From a virus, in IMG/VR virus record IMGVR_UViG_3300044644_000945, positions 24,325 to 88,324 of that record: a stretch of 64,000 nt of DNA; one strand, given 5' to 3'. Positions 34,887-45,577 of the stretch are shown here, piece by piece. The notes below the pieces were generated by a model. The model had not been told where the DNA came from, did not search any database, and was given only the letters and a program-made list of their open reading frames with translations. Position numbers and translations under genes: made by a program. Within the stretch, counting starts at the first letter, position 1. Every line of letters begins with the position of its first letter.

Positions 34887-37088
34887 ATGTATATATCTGT
34901 ACCAACATATGATGATACAACTGATGTATGGTCACACACAGATTTTGAAACAAAAGAAGAATTTGTAAAGTTTATGTGGTCCTTGTTTAAGGAACCAGGT
35001 AAATATGCATTTGATGAAACATCATATAAGTTTAATGAGCAGGCAAAAAACTTTGAAAAAAATAACAAGGTATATTGTTATGCACCTATGCGTTCAAAGG
35101 ACTATATTAACTATTGGGAAACTGAAAAAGATAAATGTAGAAATGGTGTAATATTTAAGAATGCAAAAAACACATGGTATCTTACTAGAGATTATTACAT
35201 GTGGTTAAACTTTCTACCTATATATAACAAAGAGATATCTAAGTTTGGATTTGCTAGTGTCAGAGATGCTCAGTATCATATGGCAATGTATGAAGAGATT
35301 GGCAGACATAGTTCTAAGCATGCTGTTATATTAAAGAAACGTCAGATAGCATCTAGTTATTATCATGGTGCAAAAATGATAAACTACTTTTGGTTTGAAG
35401 AAGGTTCTATCAATAAGATAGCAGGATCTTTAAAAGACTATATTGGTGAGAAAGGTACATGGCGTTTTCTTGAAGAATACAGAAACTTTCTTAATACATA
35501 TACAGGTTGGTATAGACCTTGTACTCCAGATAAGATATTTAACTGGGAACAAAAGATTGAAATAAATCAAGGTGGTAGAAAAAGAGATATAGGTTTAAAA
35601 TCTGTATTATTAGGACTTATATTAGACAAAGATCCTACAAATGGTGTAGGAGGTCCTTGTACTTTTTTCTTTCACGAGGAGGCAGGTATTGCCCCTAAAA
35701 TGAATCAAACCTTAGAGTACTTACTTCCTGCAATGAAGTCTGGTATGGTATATACTGGACAATTTGTAGCTGCAGGATCTGTTGGAGATTTAGATCAATG
35801 TGAACCTTTAAGAGAAATATTAATGATGCCAAACAGTAAAGATGTACTTGCTGTTGAAACTGATTTACTAGATGATAAAGGTACAAAAGGTCAGTGTGCT
35901 TTATTCATACCTCAGCAATGGTCAATGATTCCATGTATAGATGAGTATGGTAACTCTCTAGTAGAGAAGGCATTAGACATGATTAAGGAAGAAAGATTGC
36001 AATGGAAGAAAGATCTTAAACCTGATGATTATCAACTACGTATATCTCAGCATCCTATAACTATTGAAGAAGCATTTGCAAGTAGAAAAGCTGCTAAGTT
36101 TAATCCTTCATTAGTTGTATCACAGATAAGAAGAATTGAAGATGGTGAATATTATAAAGAGTTTCTAGAATTATCTAGAGGTGAAAATAATGTTATCACT
36201 GCAAAAGAATCTAAAAAGATTCCTATATCAGAATTTCCTATATCAGCAAAAACAGAAAACAAAGAAGGTGTACTTGTTGTATGGGAAAGACCTGCAAAAG
36301 ATCCAACCTTTGGAATGTACTACGCATCTATTGACCCTGTTGCAGAAGGAAAGACAACTACCTCAGACTCATTGTGTTCTATATTTGTATATAAGACATC
36401 ACAAGAAATTACCAAACATAAGGCTGATGGTACAATAGATTCATACATAGAAAGAGACAAGATTGTTGCAGCATGGTGTGGCAGGTTTGATGACCTTAAC
36501 AAAACACATGAAAGACTAGAGCTTATTATTGAATGGTATAATGCCTGGACAATAGTAGAAAATAACATATCTTTGTTTATTCAGTATATGATTGCTAAAA
36601 GAAAACAAAAGTATCTAGTGCCTAAAAGTCAAATATTATTCTTGAAAGAATTGCAAAGTAATACAAATGTGTTTCAAGAATATGGCTGGAGAAATGTTAG
36701 CACATTATTCAAGACTAATCTTGTATCATATGCACAACAATTTATTGAAGAAGAGTTAGATCATGAAACAAAACCTGATGGTACAATTGTAAAAACAACA
36801 TATGGTATTGAAAGAATACCTGATATAATGTTGTTGAAAGAAATGCAAGCATACAGAGATGGACTAAACGTGGATAGATTGGTTGCATTTTGTGCTATGG
36901 TTGCATTTGCACAAGTACAACAATCCAACAGAGGATATGTAAAACGCACTGAAAGAGAGGATGATAATTTGCAAAAGTCAAATAATTATGCTAAATTACA
37001 AGTGAGTCCTTTTCGTCATATAGGAAAAAATAAAAGCATAAATAGTGGTATGACAAAACCACGCAATCCATTTAGAAATTTTAAATAA
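34887..37088 (+). CDS. terL: Terminase large subunit (crAss-type)
   Basis: LKKRQIASSY (Walker A variant), FFHEEAG (Walker B), ASIDPV RNase H-like nuclease, VENN, NVDRL. Confidence 0.92.
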   Translation: MYISVPTYDDTTDVWSHTDFETKEEFVKFMWSLFKEPGKYAFDETSYKFNEQAKNFEKNNKVYCYAPMRSKDYINYWETEKDKCRNGVIFKNAKNTWYLTRDYYMWLNFLPIYNKEISKFGFASVRDAQYHMAMYEEIGRHSSKHAVILKKRQIASSYYHGAKMINYFWFEEGSINKIAGSLKDYIGEKGTWRFLEEYRNFLNTYTGWYRPCTPDKIFNWEQKIEINQGGRKRDIGLKSVLLGLILDKDPTNGVGGPCTFFFHEEAGIAPKMNQTLEYLLPAMKSGMVYTGQFVAAGSVGDLDQCEPLREILMMPNSKDVLAVETDLLDDKGTKGQCALFIPQQWSMIPCIDEYGNSLVEKALDMIKEERLQWKKDLKPDDYQLRISQHPITIEEAFASRKAAKFNPSLVVSQIRRIEDGEYYKEFLELSRGENNVITAKESKKIPISEFPISAKTENKEGVLVVWERPAKDPTFGMYYASIDPVAEGKTTTSDSLCSIFVYKTSQEITKHKADGTIDSYIERDKIVAAWCGRFDDLNKTHERLELIIEWYNAWTIVENNISLFIQYMIAKRKQKYLVPKSQILFLKELQSNTNVFQEYGWRNVSTLFKTNLVSYAQQFIEEELDHETKPDGTIVKTTYGIERIPDIMLLKEMQAYRDGLNVDRLVAFCAMVAFAQVQQSNRGYVKRTEREDDNLQKSNNYAKLQVSPFRHIGKNKSINSGMTKPRNPFRNFK

Positions 37089-37096
37089 CATACAAC

Positions 37097-39832
37097 ATGC
37101 CAAAATTATATAATGCTCTTCAGCTTAAAGGAGGTGCTACTACAGAATATAATAGAATGGGTACACTTACCCAGCCTATTCAGTTTTTGCTTGCTTCACA
37201 AAAAAATGAGCAATGGGCAGCATGGAATCTAGATTGGTTAGAAATGCAAGGTCTTAAACAGTTAAGACGTAATGCAAGACGCTTGTTAAAAAATTATAAA
37301 CTTGCAAATGGTATCATAGATAAAACAGACTATATAGTAGAAGAAGATAATGAGTATGCAGAACTAATAGATACTCTTACAAAAGAAGATTTATCTGCAT
37401 TTGAATTAAAGTTCTTTCCTATTATACCTAATGTAATCAATGTACTTACTGGTGAATTTGCTAAAAGAAATGATAAGATTACATACAGAGCTGTAGATGA
37501 TACTTCTTTTAATGAGATGCTTGATGCTAAAAGAGGAATGATTGAAGAAACTCTTATGGCATATGGTGAGCAAAAAATGCAAGAGAACATTGCTAAGATG
37601 GGATTAGACCCAAACAATCAAGAGCAAGCTCAACAAGCTCAACAGATGATGTCTCCAGAAAGCATTAAGACTTTACCAGAAATAGAACAGTTCTTTAAAA
37701 AAGATTATAGATCTATGGTAGAACAATGGGCAGCTCACCAGCACTCAGTAGATACTGAAAGATTCTATATGAAAGAATTAGAGAACATGGCTTTCAGAGA
37801 TATGCTTATTACTGATAGAGAGTTTTGGCATTTTAAATTGAATGAAGATGATTATGATATTGAGATATGGAACCCTGTTCTTACATTCTATCATAAATCA
37901 CCTGAAGCAAGATACATATCACAATCTAACTGGGTAGGAAGAGTAGACTTAATGACCATATCTGATATCATAGATAGATATGGATACATGATGACTAAAG
38001 ATCAAATGCAACAGTTAGAAGCTATATATCCTGTTAAATCTGCAGGATATGCATTACCAGGCGTACAAAATGATGGTTCATTCTATGACTCTACAAGATC
38101 ACATGACTGGAATGTTGAGGGTCCATCATTAGGTATGCGTCAGTTCTTAGCACATAGAGATGCAGTACTTAATACTGGTGATGACATTATATATAGAATA
38201 CTTAATGAGTCTGAAGATTTAATGGACTTTAGTAATTACTCTTTGTTACGTGTTACTACAGCATATTGGAAATCTCAAAGAATGTTAGGACATCTTACAA
38301 GAATGGATGATGAAGGAATAATGCATCAAATGATTGTAGATGAAAACTTTAAAGTAACAGAAAAACCTATATATGACAATTCTGTTATAAAAGGTAAATC
38401 AAGAGACACTCTTATATTTGGAGATCATGTTGATTGGATATGGATTAACCAAGTATGGGGTGGTGTAAAGATAGGTCCTAACAGACCATCATTCTATGGT
38501 AACAATGATAACATGGGATTCAAACCTTTGTATCTAAATTGTCATCCATTGAAGTTTCAGTTTAAAGGTGATAACAGTTTATATGGTTGCAAGTTACCTG
38601 TTGAAGGTTCTGTATTCCATGATAGAAACTCACGCTCGCGCGCGCTTGTAGACAAGATGAAACCATTTCAAATTGGATATAATCTTACTAATAATCAGAT
38701 TGCAGATATCTTAGTAGATGAGTTAGGTACAGTTATTATGCTTGATCAGAATGCATTACCACGTCACTCAATGGGTGAAGACTGGGGTAAGAACAATTTG
38801 GCTAAAGCATATGTAGCAATGAAAGATTTTCAAATGTTACCTTTAGATACATCTATTACAAATACTGAGAATGGATTAAACTTCCAACATTATCAAGTAC
38901 TTAACCTTGAACAAACTCAAAGGTTAATGTCTAGAATACAGTTATCTAATTACTTTAAGCAACAAGCATTTGAAGTTATTGGTCTTACACCTCAGCGTAT
39001 GGGTGCAGTAAATGCACAAGAAACTGCTACAGGTATAGAGCAAGCTATCAACATGAGTTACTCACAAACAGAAATGTACTTTGTAAATCACTCAGAATAC
39101 TTAATGCCAAGAGTACATCAGATGCGTACAGACTTAGCTCAATACTATCATAGTACAAAACCTAGTATAAGATTACAATATGTAACATCTCTTGATGAAA
39201 AAATAAACTTCCAAATTAATGGTACAGATTTATTAGCAAGAGAGTTGAACATATTTACATCTACAAAAGTAAATCAAAAACAAATCACAGAACAAATTAG
39301 ATCATTAGCATTATCTAACAATACTGCTGGTGCATCTATATATGATTTAGGTAATCTTATCAAAGCTGATTCACTTGCTGAAATTGATCATACTCTTAAA
39401 AACATTGAAGAGAAAGTTAATGCTCAACGTCAACAAGATCAACAAGCACAACAAGAACAAATTCAAATGCAAGAACAAGCTGCTGCTGAAAGACAAGAAT
39501 CTCAACAAAGATTTATAGCAGAACAAAATCAACTTAATAGAGAATCTAATGAGCGTGTTGCTGAAGTTAGAGCATCTGTTAATACTGCAACACAAGATCT
39601 TAATGCAAATGAACAATCAGATTATATAGATACATTAGAATATCTTGATAAGAAAAATGCAAAACAAGTTGACCAATCACTGGCTAGAACACGTGAAGTT
39701 AATCAACAAATAAATGATCAAGAAAAGAATGCATTAAAAAACAAAGAGTTACAAGTGCGTCAAAGTATAGCTGATAAACAAGTACAAGTTGCATCAATAA
39801 ATAAAAACAAATATGACAAAAAGAAGTCATAG
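37097..39832 (+). CDS. Portal protein
   Basis: Follows terL; 911 aa; FPIIPNVINVLTGEF, long Gln-rich coiled-coil C-terminal barrel. Confidence 0.88.
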   Translation: MPKLYNALQLKGGATTEYNRMGTLTQPIQFLLASQKNEQWAAWNLDWLEMQGLKQLRRNARRLLKNYKLANGIIDKTDYIVEEDNEYAELIDTLTKEDLSAFELKFFPIIPNVINVLTGEFAKRNDKITYRAVDDTSFNEMLDAKRGMIEETLMAYGEQKMQENIAKMGLDPNNQEQAQQAQQMMSPESIKTLPEIEQFFKKDYRSMVEQWAAHQHSVDTERFYMKELENMAFRDMLITDREFWHFKLNEDDYDIEIWNPVLTFYHKSPEARYISQSNWVGRVDLMTISDIIDRYGYMMTKDQMQQLEAIYPVKSAGYALPGVQNDGSFYDSTRSHDWNVEGPSLGMRQFLAHRDAVLNTGDDIIYRILNESEDLMDFSNYSLLRVTTAYWKSQRMLGHLTRMDDEGIMHQMIVDENFKVTEKPIYDNSVIKGKSRDTLIFGDHVDWIWINQVWGGVKIGPNRPSFYGNNDNMGFKPLYLNCHPLKFQFKGDNSLYGCKLPVEGSVFHDRNSRSRALVDKMKPFQIGYNLTNNQIADILVDELGTVIMLDQNALPRHSMGEDWGKNNLAKAYVAMKDFQMLPLDTSITNTENGLNFQHYQVLNLEQTQRLMSRIQLSNYFKQQAFEVIGLTPQRMGAVNAQETATGIEQAINMSYSQTEMYFVNHSEYLMPRVHQMRTDLAQYYHSTKPSIRLQYVTSLDEKINFQINGTDLLARELNIFTSTKVNQKQITEQIRSLALSNNTAGASIYDLGNLIKADSLAEIDHTLKNIEEKVNAQRQQDQQAQQEQIQMQEQAAAERQESQQRFIAEQNQLNRESNERVAEVRASVNTATQDLNANEQSDYIDTLEYLDKKNAKQVDQSLARTREVNQQINDQEKNALKNKELQVRQSIADKQVQVASINKNKYDKKKS

Positions 39833-39843
39833 CGTTATAGTGT
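39829..39843 (+). promoter_or_regulatory. 15-bp motif ATAGCGTTATAGTGT (copy 2)
   Basis: Exact match to 10659-10673 (minus). Confidence 0.5.
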
Positions 39844-39941
39844 TAAAAATGTAAAAATAAAAATAGCTTACTGTTAAATCTTTCAGATTTAATTGGTAGA
39901 TTATATATGAAGAAGAATAAGAACTAATAATTATTAAACAG

Positions 39942-41201
39942 ATGAATACAGAAAACAACAAATCTCAGGTAGAAGACGTAATTATTGAAAACATTGATGA
40001 TTTTTTACCAATGCCTGGTGCAGATAGTGTGGTAACTTCAGATGATGAAGATGAAAAACCAAACTTATTTACTGCAAAAAACAAAGCTGTTAATCTTGAT
40101 TTCTTAGATAAGAATGATAATGATCAGCAAGATGATAAAGAAATTGTAGATTCTGCTCTTGATGAATTAGATACAACACTTAAAACAGGTGATGAATTTG
40201 ATGATGAAGATGAACCTAAGAAAAAAGGTGGCAGAACTAAAACAGACAAAAGTGGATTAGTTTCATTCTTAAAGAAAAGAATTGAAAATAATGAAATGTT
40301 TGCTTTTGATGATTATGATGAAACTAAACAATCATTAGATGATTACTTAGGAAGTCTATCAGAAAAAGATGTTGAGGAATTGTGGACAGCAAATGTTGAT
40401 AGTATCAAACAAGATGTTGCTGCAAAAACTCCAAAAGAGTTCTTTGAAAGTTTACCTGAAGAATTACAATATGCTGCAGAGTATGTTGCTAAAGGTGGAC
40501 AAGATTTAAAAGGTTTATTTAAAGCACTAGCATATGTTGAAGAAGTTCGTGAATTAGATGTAAGACAACCAGAGCATCAAGAGATGATTGTTAGACAATA
40601 TTTACAAGCTACAGGATTTGGAAATGGTGATCAAGAATTAATTGAAGATCAGATTCAAGAATGGTTTGAAGCTGGTAACTTATCTAAAAAAGCAAATCAG
40701 TTTAAACCTAAGTTGGATGATTTGCAAGAAGAAATGTTACAAGCTAAGTTAGCTCAACAAGAACATTTTAAAAGACAACAGCAAGCTAAAAAAGAAGCAT
40801 ATATGCACAACATATATGAGACTTTAAAACCAGGTGAATTGAATGGTGTAAAGATTGATGGTAAAAGACAAAAAATGCTATGGGATGAATTGACTACTGT
40901 AAAGTATGAAAGCATTTCAGGAAGACCTACAAACATGTTAGGTAAATTGTTGGAAGAATATCAGTTTGGTGAAAAACCAAGATATGATTTAATTGCTGAA
41001 ACTTTATGGTTACTTTCTGATCCAGAAGATTATAAAGAGAATGTAAGAAAGCAAGCAAAGAATGAGGTGGTTGCAGATACAGTTAGAAAACTTAAAACAG
41101 AAGAAGCAAGAAAGATTTCTTCTTATACAAGAGATGATGATGATGATCAAAGACCAGCTGCAAGAAAGATTACAAGACAAACAAATATATTTAAAAGATA
41201 A
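39942..41201 (+). CDS. Putative capsid scaffolding/assembly protein
   Basis: Very acidic N-terminus, coiled coils, between portal and capsid genes. Confidence 0.6.
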   Translation: MNTENNKSQVEDVIIENIDDFLPMPGADSVVTSDDEDEKPNLFTAKNKAVNLDFLDKNDNDQQDDKEIVDSALDELDTTLKTGDEFDDEDEPKKKGGRTKTDKSGLVSFLKKRIENNEMFAFDDYDETKQSLDDYLGSLSEKDVEELWTANVDSIKQDVAAKTPKEFFESLPEELQYAAEYVAKGGQDLKGLFKALAYVEEVRELDVRQPEHQEMIVRQYLQATGFGNGDQELIEDQIQEWFEAGNLSKKANQFKPKLDDLQEEMLQAKLAQQEHFKRQQQAKKEAYMHNIYETLKPGELNGVKIDGKRQKMLWDELTTVKYESISGRPTNMLGKLLEEYQFGEKPRYDLIAETLWLLSDPEDYKENVRKQAKNEVVADTVRKLKTEEARKISSYTRDDDDDQRPAARKITRQTNIFKR

Positions 41202-41226
41202 CATTAACCTTAATTAATTATTACAA

Positions 41227-42876
41227 ATGAGTACTCCAGTTTTAAACAATGGTCTCTTTTTGCGTGACACTACCTATAAGGTAAGCTCGCATGTAGATTC
41301 TTACCATTTGCAAAATATGCTTAAGACTTCAGAGCCTATGGATTTAGGACCTGTTGACTTATGGGCAATGACGCAAAAGGTAGAAATGCCTCTTTATCAG
41401 ATGGCATCTTTTGGTGGTAAAAACACCATTATGGTAGACAATGCTCGTGGAGAGTACAAATGGCAAACACCAATTGTACAAGATCTTCCTTACATTGTAG
41501 AAGATGTTGAACCTACACAAACAGCTTTAGGAGCTGATGGTACACTCTTCAAAATCAAAATTAACAGACGTATATTTGGATCAGGTGATATCATCACTTA
41601 TGACAAATATAAAGGTCTAGAACTTTACATTGTACCTAGTGAAGACATCCTTCCTTCAGGAGATGGTTTCATCTATACAGTACAATTAGTAAACAACAAC
41701 AACACAGCTACCTTAGACAAAAAGTATCTTAAACCAGGTACTAAATTCTTCAGAAAAGGTTCTGCTCGTGGTGAGTATGGAGAAAGATTCTCTGACATAG
41801 GAGAATTACAAAATGGTTTCAGAGAGTACTACAACTTTGTAGGAGGTGCTGAAGCTCACGTACACTATTCTATTTCATCTCGTGCTGACATGATGATGAA
41901 AGGTGGTCTTAATGCAGATGGTACAGTTCCTGTAACTGAAATCTGGAGATCATTTGATAAAAACCTTGATCCATCTATCACTAAGATTGATGACATGGTA
42001 AAATCAATGGGTAAAGATTGGATCAAAAAATCTTATGACAATGGAAATTTAACAAGATCTTTTGTTACTAATCTTGAAGCAGCTCACTTATCTAAAGTAG
42101 CTAATGACATTGAAACTTACTTAATGTGGGGACAAGGTGGTAGAATTAAACAAGATGGTCCAGATGATATCAGATTATCAGTAGGACTTTGGTCTCAATT
42201 AGATAACTCTTACAAAAGAATCTACAACAAAGGTTCTTTCAACTTAGAGTTGTTCAGATCAGAAATCTTTAACTTCTACAATGGTAAAGTTGAATTTAAA
42301 GGACCAGATCCAAATAGACAAATTATTGTTCAAACTGGTATGGCTGGTATGAGAATGGTTAATGAGGCTATCAAAAAAGAAGCATTCTCAGGAACTATTG
42401 GAGGTACTACTGGATTAATTGCTAACATGGATCAGTCTGGTGTTGGTGCTATCTCTGGTAAAAATGCAATGGACTTGAACTTTGGATTTGCTTTCACAAG
42501 CTATACAATTCCATTCTTGGCAAATGTTAAGTTTGTATTGAACCCAGCATTTGACAATGTTCACACTAATGATATTGAGAATCCAATCATTGATGGATAC
42601 CCATTATCATCTTACAACTTCATTGTATTTGATATCACTGACAACACTAATGACAACATCTTCTTGTTGAAATTAAGCTGGGATAATCAATTGAAATGGT
42701 TCTACCAAAATGGTACTATGGACTATATGGGTAGATCTCAAGGATTTGCATCTTCTGGAAACTTCAATGGTTATAGAGTATTTATGACTCAAACTATGCC
42801 AAGTATCTGGGTTAAAGATCCAACCAAAGTATTAAAAATTGTTATGAGAAACCCTGTAACTGGTGGATCATTCTAA
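41227..42876 (+). CDS. Major capsid protein
   Basis: 549 aa, crAss-type gene order, strongly biased codons, terminator follows. Confidence 0.85.
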   Translation: MSTPVLNNGLFLRDTTYKVSSHVDSYHLQNMLKTSEPMDLGPVDLWAMTQKVEMPLYQMASFGGKNTIMVDNARGEYKWQTPIVQDLPYIVEDVEPTQTALGADGTLFKIKINRRIFGSGDIITYDKYKGLELYIVPSEDILPSGDGFIYTVQLVNNNNTATLDKKYLKPGTKFFRKGSARGEYGERFSDIGELQNGFREYYNFVGGAEAHVHYSISSRADMMMKGGLNADGTVPVTEIWRSFDKNLDPSITKIDDMVKSMGKDWIKKSYDNGNLTRSFVTNLEAAHLSKVANDIETYLMWGQGGRIKQDGPDDIRLSVGLWSQLDNSYKRIYNKGSFNLELFRSEIFNFYNGKVEFKGPDPNRQIIVQTGMAGMRMVNEAIKKEAFSGTIGGTTGLIANMDQSGVGAISGKNAMDLNFGFAFTSYTIPFLANVKFVLNPAFDNVHTNDIENPIIDGYPLSSYNFIVFDITDNTNDNIFLLKLSWDNQLKWFYQNGTMDYMGRSQGFASSGNFNGYRVFMTQTMPSIWVKDPTKVLKIVMRNPVTGGSF

Positions 42877-42889
42877 TAAATAAAAATGT

Positions 42890-42931
42890 ACTTGGGTGCT
42901 TACCATAAGAACAGCACCCAGGTCTTTTTTT
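42890..42931 (+). terminator. Intrinsic terminator after capsid gene
   Basis: cttgggtgct/agcacccagg stem + T7. Confidence 0.75.
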
Positions 42932-42944
42932 AAAACCAAAAGTT

Positions 42945-43169
42945 ATGAGTGCAAAAGTTGTTAAAGGAAGATTGATATCTGTAGAGAATATAGATAGAAA
43001 ATTTGGTTCTTCTGAAAGTTATATTGCTGTTCAAGTAGAAGATGCAGATGGAGGAAACGAAAGATGCATTCTATTTACTAGTGCAGAAATTGCAAAAGCA
43101 GAAGAAAGAGCAAAAAGAAATCCTGAAGATCTTACAGAAAAAGGATTCTTTACAAACTTATTTGATTAA
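42945..43169 (+). CDS. Hypothetical protein
   Basis: 74-aa ORF. Confidence 0.65.
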   Translation: MSAKVVKGRLISVENIDRKFGSSESYIAVQVEDADGGNERCILFTSAEIAKAEERAKRNPEDLTEKGFFTNLFD

Positions 43170-43186
43170 TTATAAACAATAAAGAA

Positions 43187-43312
43187 ATGGCAACAGGTAA
43201 AAATAAAGCAGTAATGGGGAACAACATTGTAGTAAAGAAAGCTACAAATCCTCAATCTGTAAAGAAAAGTGCTAAAGCTACTGTGTCACCAACAAAGTAC
43301 AAAAAAGCATAA
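43187..43312 (+). CDS. Small basic peptide (41 aa)
   Basis: Hand-translated MATGKNKAV...PTKYKKA. Confidence 0.45.
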   Translation: MATGKNKAVMGNNIVVKKATNPQSVKKSAKATVSPTKYKKA

Positions 43313-43507
43313 ATTTGTAACTTGTACATAGTATGGCAAGTTAAAGAGATACCCTCTCTCCCCGAAGTTGACATGGTCTACTTCTGTACCTGTAGAAATA
43401 CAGGTGCTACTCCTAAGATGTAACAACCTTGACGTGGTTTAGGAGCTTTAAACTAGTAGTTACAAAAAACAGAGAAAAGAAAAAAACAACAACTTAAATT
43501 ATTACAG

Positions 43508-44524
43508 ATGGAAATCACAATGATAGACAAGCATCAGTCTTTAAAAAGAGGCAGCAGTGTTACAATTAGACCTTTTGTTGACAACATAAATGAAAACATG
43601 GGTTTAGAAAAATACAACATGGTATTATTTGAAGGTATTTTTCATGAAGAACAAATCATATGTCTTGAAAATAATGGTATCAAAAGATATGTTACAGGAC
43701 TTAATGAGTTTGCTCCAGAGGTAAAAAACTTACCTGAAGAAGAAAGAGAAGCGTTTATCAAAGACATTAGAAACACTGTTGCTCAATTAGAAAAAGAATT
43801 AGCAGCAAATGTTATTGATCCTAAAGATCCTGATTTTTGGAATAAAGTAAAATTACTTAGACCAAACAATGATGAGTTTTGGAGTAAGATTGCATTAAGA
43901 TGTAGTAATGATCCAGTGTATTTAGATGCTGCAAATGATCCTTATGATCTTATTAAGTTAAGAGCTATTGAGCATGGAGGATTCAGTATCATTGCAAAAT
44001 CATTACAACATGCTAGAGCTGAGGCTCCTAGATATAAGTTTTATTTAGATAAGTTTGAAGAAACTGCATCTATCAAAACAGAACTTAAGAAACTTAAAAA
44101 CAAAGCATTTTCTGAGTTACAAAAAATGTTTGATAAGAATACAAATAAGTTATTCTATGTATGTAAAGTAGTTGATCCAAATTCAACACAATACAAAAAA
44201 TCTACACCACTTGATGTGTTGTATGATAACATGGATAAGTATATAAGTGGTGAAACTGTAGAAGTTAATAAGCGTCAAACTGCACAAAAATTCTTGGATA
44301 TATGTGCATTAGATATGGAAACTCTAAAATTAAGAGCTGTTATTAAAGATGCTAATTTCTATAAGTTAATTGCAACAAGAGGTGATGGTAACATCTATCA
44401 TATGAAGTCAGGTTCTATGTTAGGTAAAAATCCTTCTGACATTTTAATGTATCTTAAGAATCCTTTGAATGAAGAAATTCTTTTAGATGTTATTACAAAT
44501 ACAGAAAAGTATTGGAATTCATAA
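43508..44524 (+). CDS. Conserved crAss-like morphogenesis-module protein
   Basis: 338-aa ORF downstream of capsid gene. Confidence 0.6.
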   Translation: MEITMIDKHQSLKRGSSVTIRPFVDNINENMGLEKYNMVLFEGIFHEEQIICLENNGIKRYVTGLNEFAPEVKNLPEEEREAFIKDIRNTVAQLEKELAANVIDPKDPDFWNKVKLLRPNNDEFWSKIALRCSNDPVYLDAANDPYDLIKLRAIEHGGFSIIAKSLQHARAEAPRYKFYLDKFEETASIKTELKKLKNKAFSELQKMFDKNTNKLFYVCKVVDPNSTQYKKSTPLDVLYDNMDKYISGETVEVNKRQTAQKFLDICALDMETLKLRAVIKDANFYKLIATRGDGNIYHMKSGSMLGKNPSDILMYLKNPLNEEILLDVITNTEKYWNS

Positions 44525-44541
44525 TTTAAAACATATATACC

Positions 44542-44697
44542 ATGTCATTCAATAAAAAACAATTAGATGCAGATTCAAAATTTGCTAAAAAACAAGTAAA
44601 TAAACCACAACCTATTATACCTGTTTCAAAAAGTATTGCTACACCAAATGTAAAAAAGATGGGTGGTAGTATTAAAAAAAGTGGTAGAGGTTGTTAA
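44542..44697 (+). CDS. Small basic peptide with KMGG motif (51 aa)
   Basis: Hand-translated MSFNKK...VKKMGGSIKKSGRGC. Confidence 0.45.
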   Translation: MSFNKKQLDADSKFAKKQVNKPQPIIPVSKSIATPNVKKMGGSIKKSGRGC

Positions 44698-44709
44698 TAA
44701 GCATAAGTC

Positions 44710-44856
44710 ATGGCAAAGCAAATGATTAAACGCGCAGATGGTTCTACTTCTCAAAGAGGTCTTTGGGATAATATTAGAGCTAACAAAGGTTCTGGAAAGA
44801 AACCTACAGCTGAGATGCTTAAACAAGAGAAAAAAATAAAGTCTAAAAAGAAATAA
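44710..44856 (+). CDS. Small basic phage protein (48 aa)
   Basis: Hand-translated MAKQMIKRADG...GLWDNIRANKGSGKKPT. Confidence 0.55.
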   Translation: MAKQMIKRADGSTSQRGLWDNIRANKGSGKKPTAEMLKQEKKIKSKKK

Positions 44857-44858
44857 AC

Positions 44859-45572
44859 ATGACAAATGCTTTATTACAAATAAAGATAAAAGAACGCTTA
44901 AACAAACTTGCTAGTTTAGACTATGATAACATAGAGTGCTGGCAAGTTAGTGAGGCATTTAATAAAGCACAATTAGAGTGGGTGCGCAGACAAGTTCATG
45001 GTGCAAACCAGTTTAAAGAAGGTGATGAATCTTCTAAGATGAATATAGATGACATTCAAATACTACTTACAGATACTTTAGCAAATCCTGTAGTATTAAC
45101 CAAACGTGATCTTTATTATGAAACTGGTAATTTACCAGTTAATTATTTATATTTTAAAAGGTTTGCAGTAAACTCTATATCAGATTGTTGTATTGAACCT
45201 AGAAGAATGACTGTATATCTTGCACAAGTTGCAGATGTAGATAATCTTCTTACAGATAATTTTAGACAACCAAGTGCTGAATGGGGTGAAACCTTTTGCA
45301 CATTGTCTAGTAATAAAATAAAAGTATACACAAATGATGAGTTTGAATTAGCAAATGCTGTGTTATACTATTATAGAAAACCAAGAGAAGTAGCATTTCT
45401 AAACTGTGTAAATCCTTCAACAGGAGTTCCAGCAATTGCAGATGTTACTTGTGAATTTAAAGATGACATTGCAGAAATGTTAGTAGATGAAGCTGCTGCA
45501 ATACTGGCTGGTGATATTGAGTCAATAATGCAATATCAAAGAAACAAACAAAACTCAACAACTAATACTTAA
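44859..45572 (+). CDS. Putative head-tail ring/adaptor protein
   Basis: AFNKAQ..W, YYRKP, EMLVDEAA pattern of adaptor proteins. Confidence 0.65.
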   Translation: MTNALLQIKIKERLNKLASLDYDNIECWQVSEAFNKAQLEWVRRQVHGANQFKEGDESSKMNIDDIQILLTDTLANPVVLTKRDLYYETGNLPVNYLYFKRFAVNSISDCCIEPRRMTVYLAQVADVDNLLTDNFRQPSAEWGETFCTLSSNKIKVYTNDEFELANAVLYYYRKPREVAFLNCVNPSTGVPAIADVTCEFKDDIAEMLVDEAAAILAGDIESIMQYQRNKQNSTTNT

Positions 45573-45577
45573 ACACT

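Noticed and set aside
34887-42876. Introns or inteins in terminase, portal or capsid genes
   Set aside because: The ORFs are continuous and of expected size, with no intein C/S...HN boundaries or intron-encoded nucleases seen.
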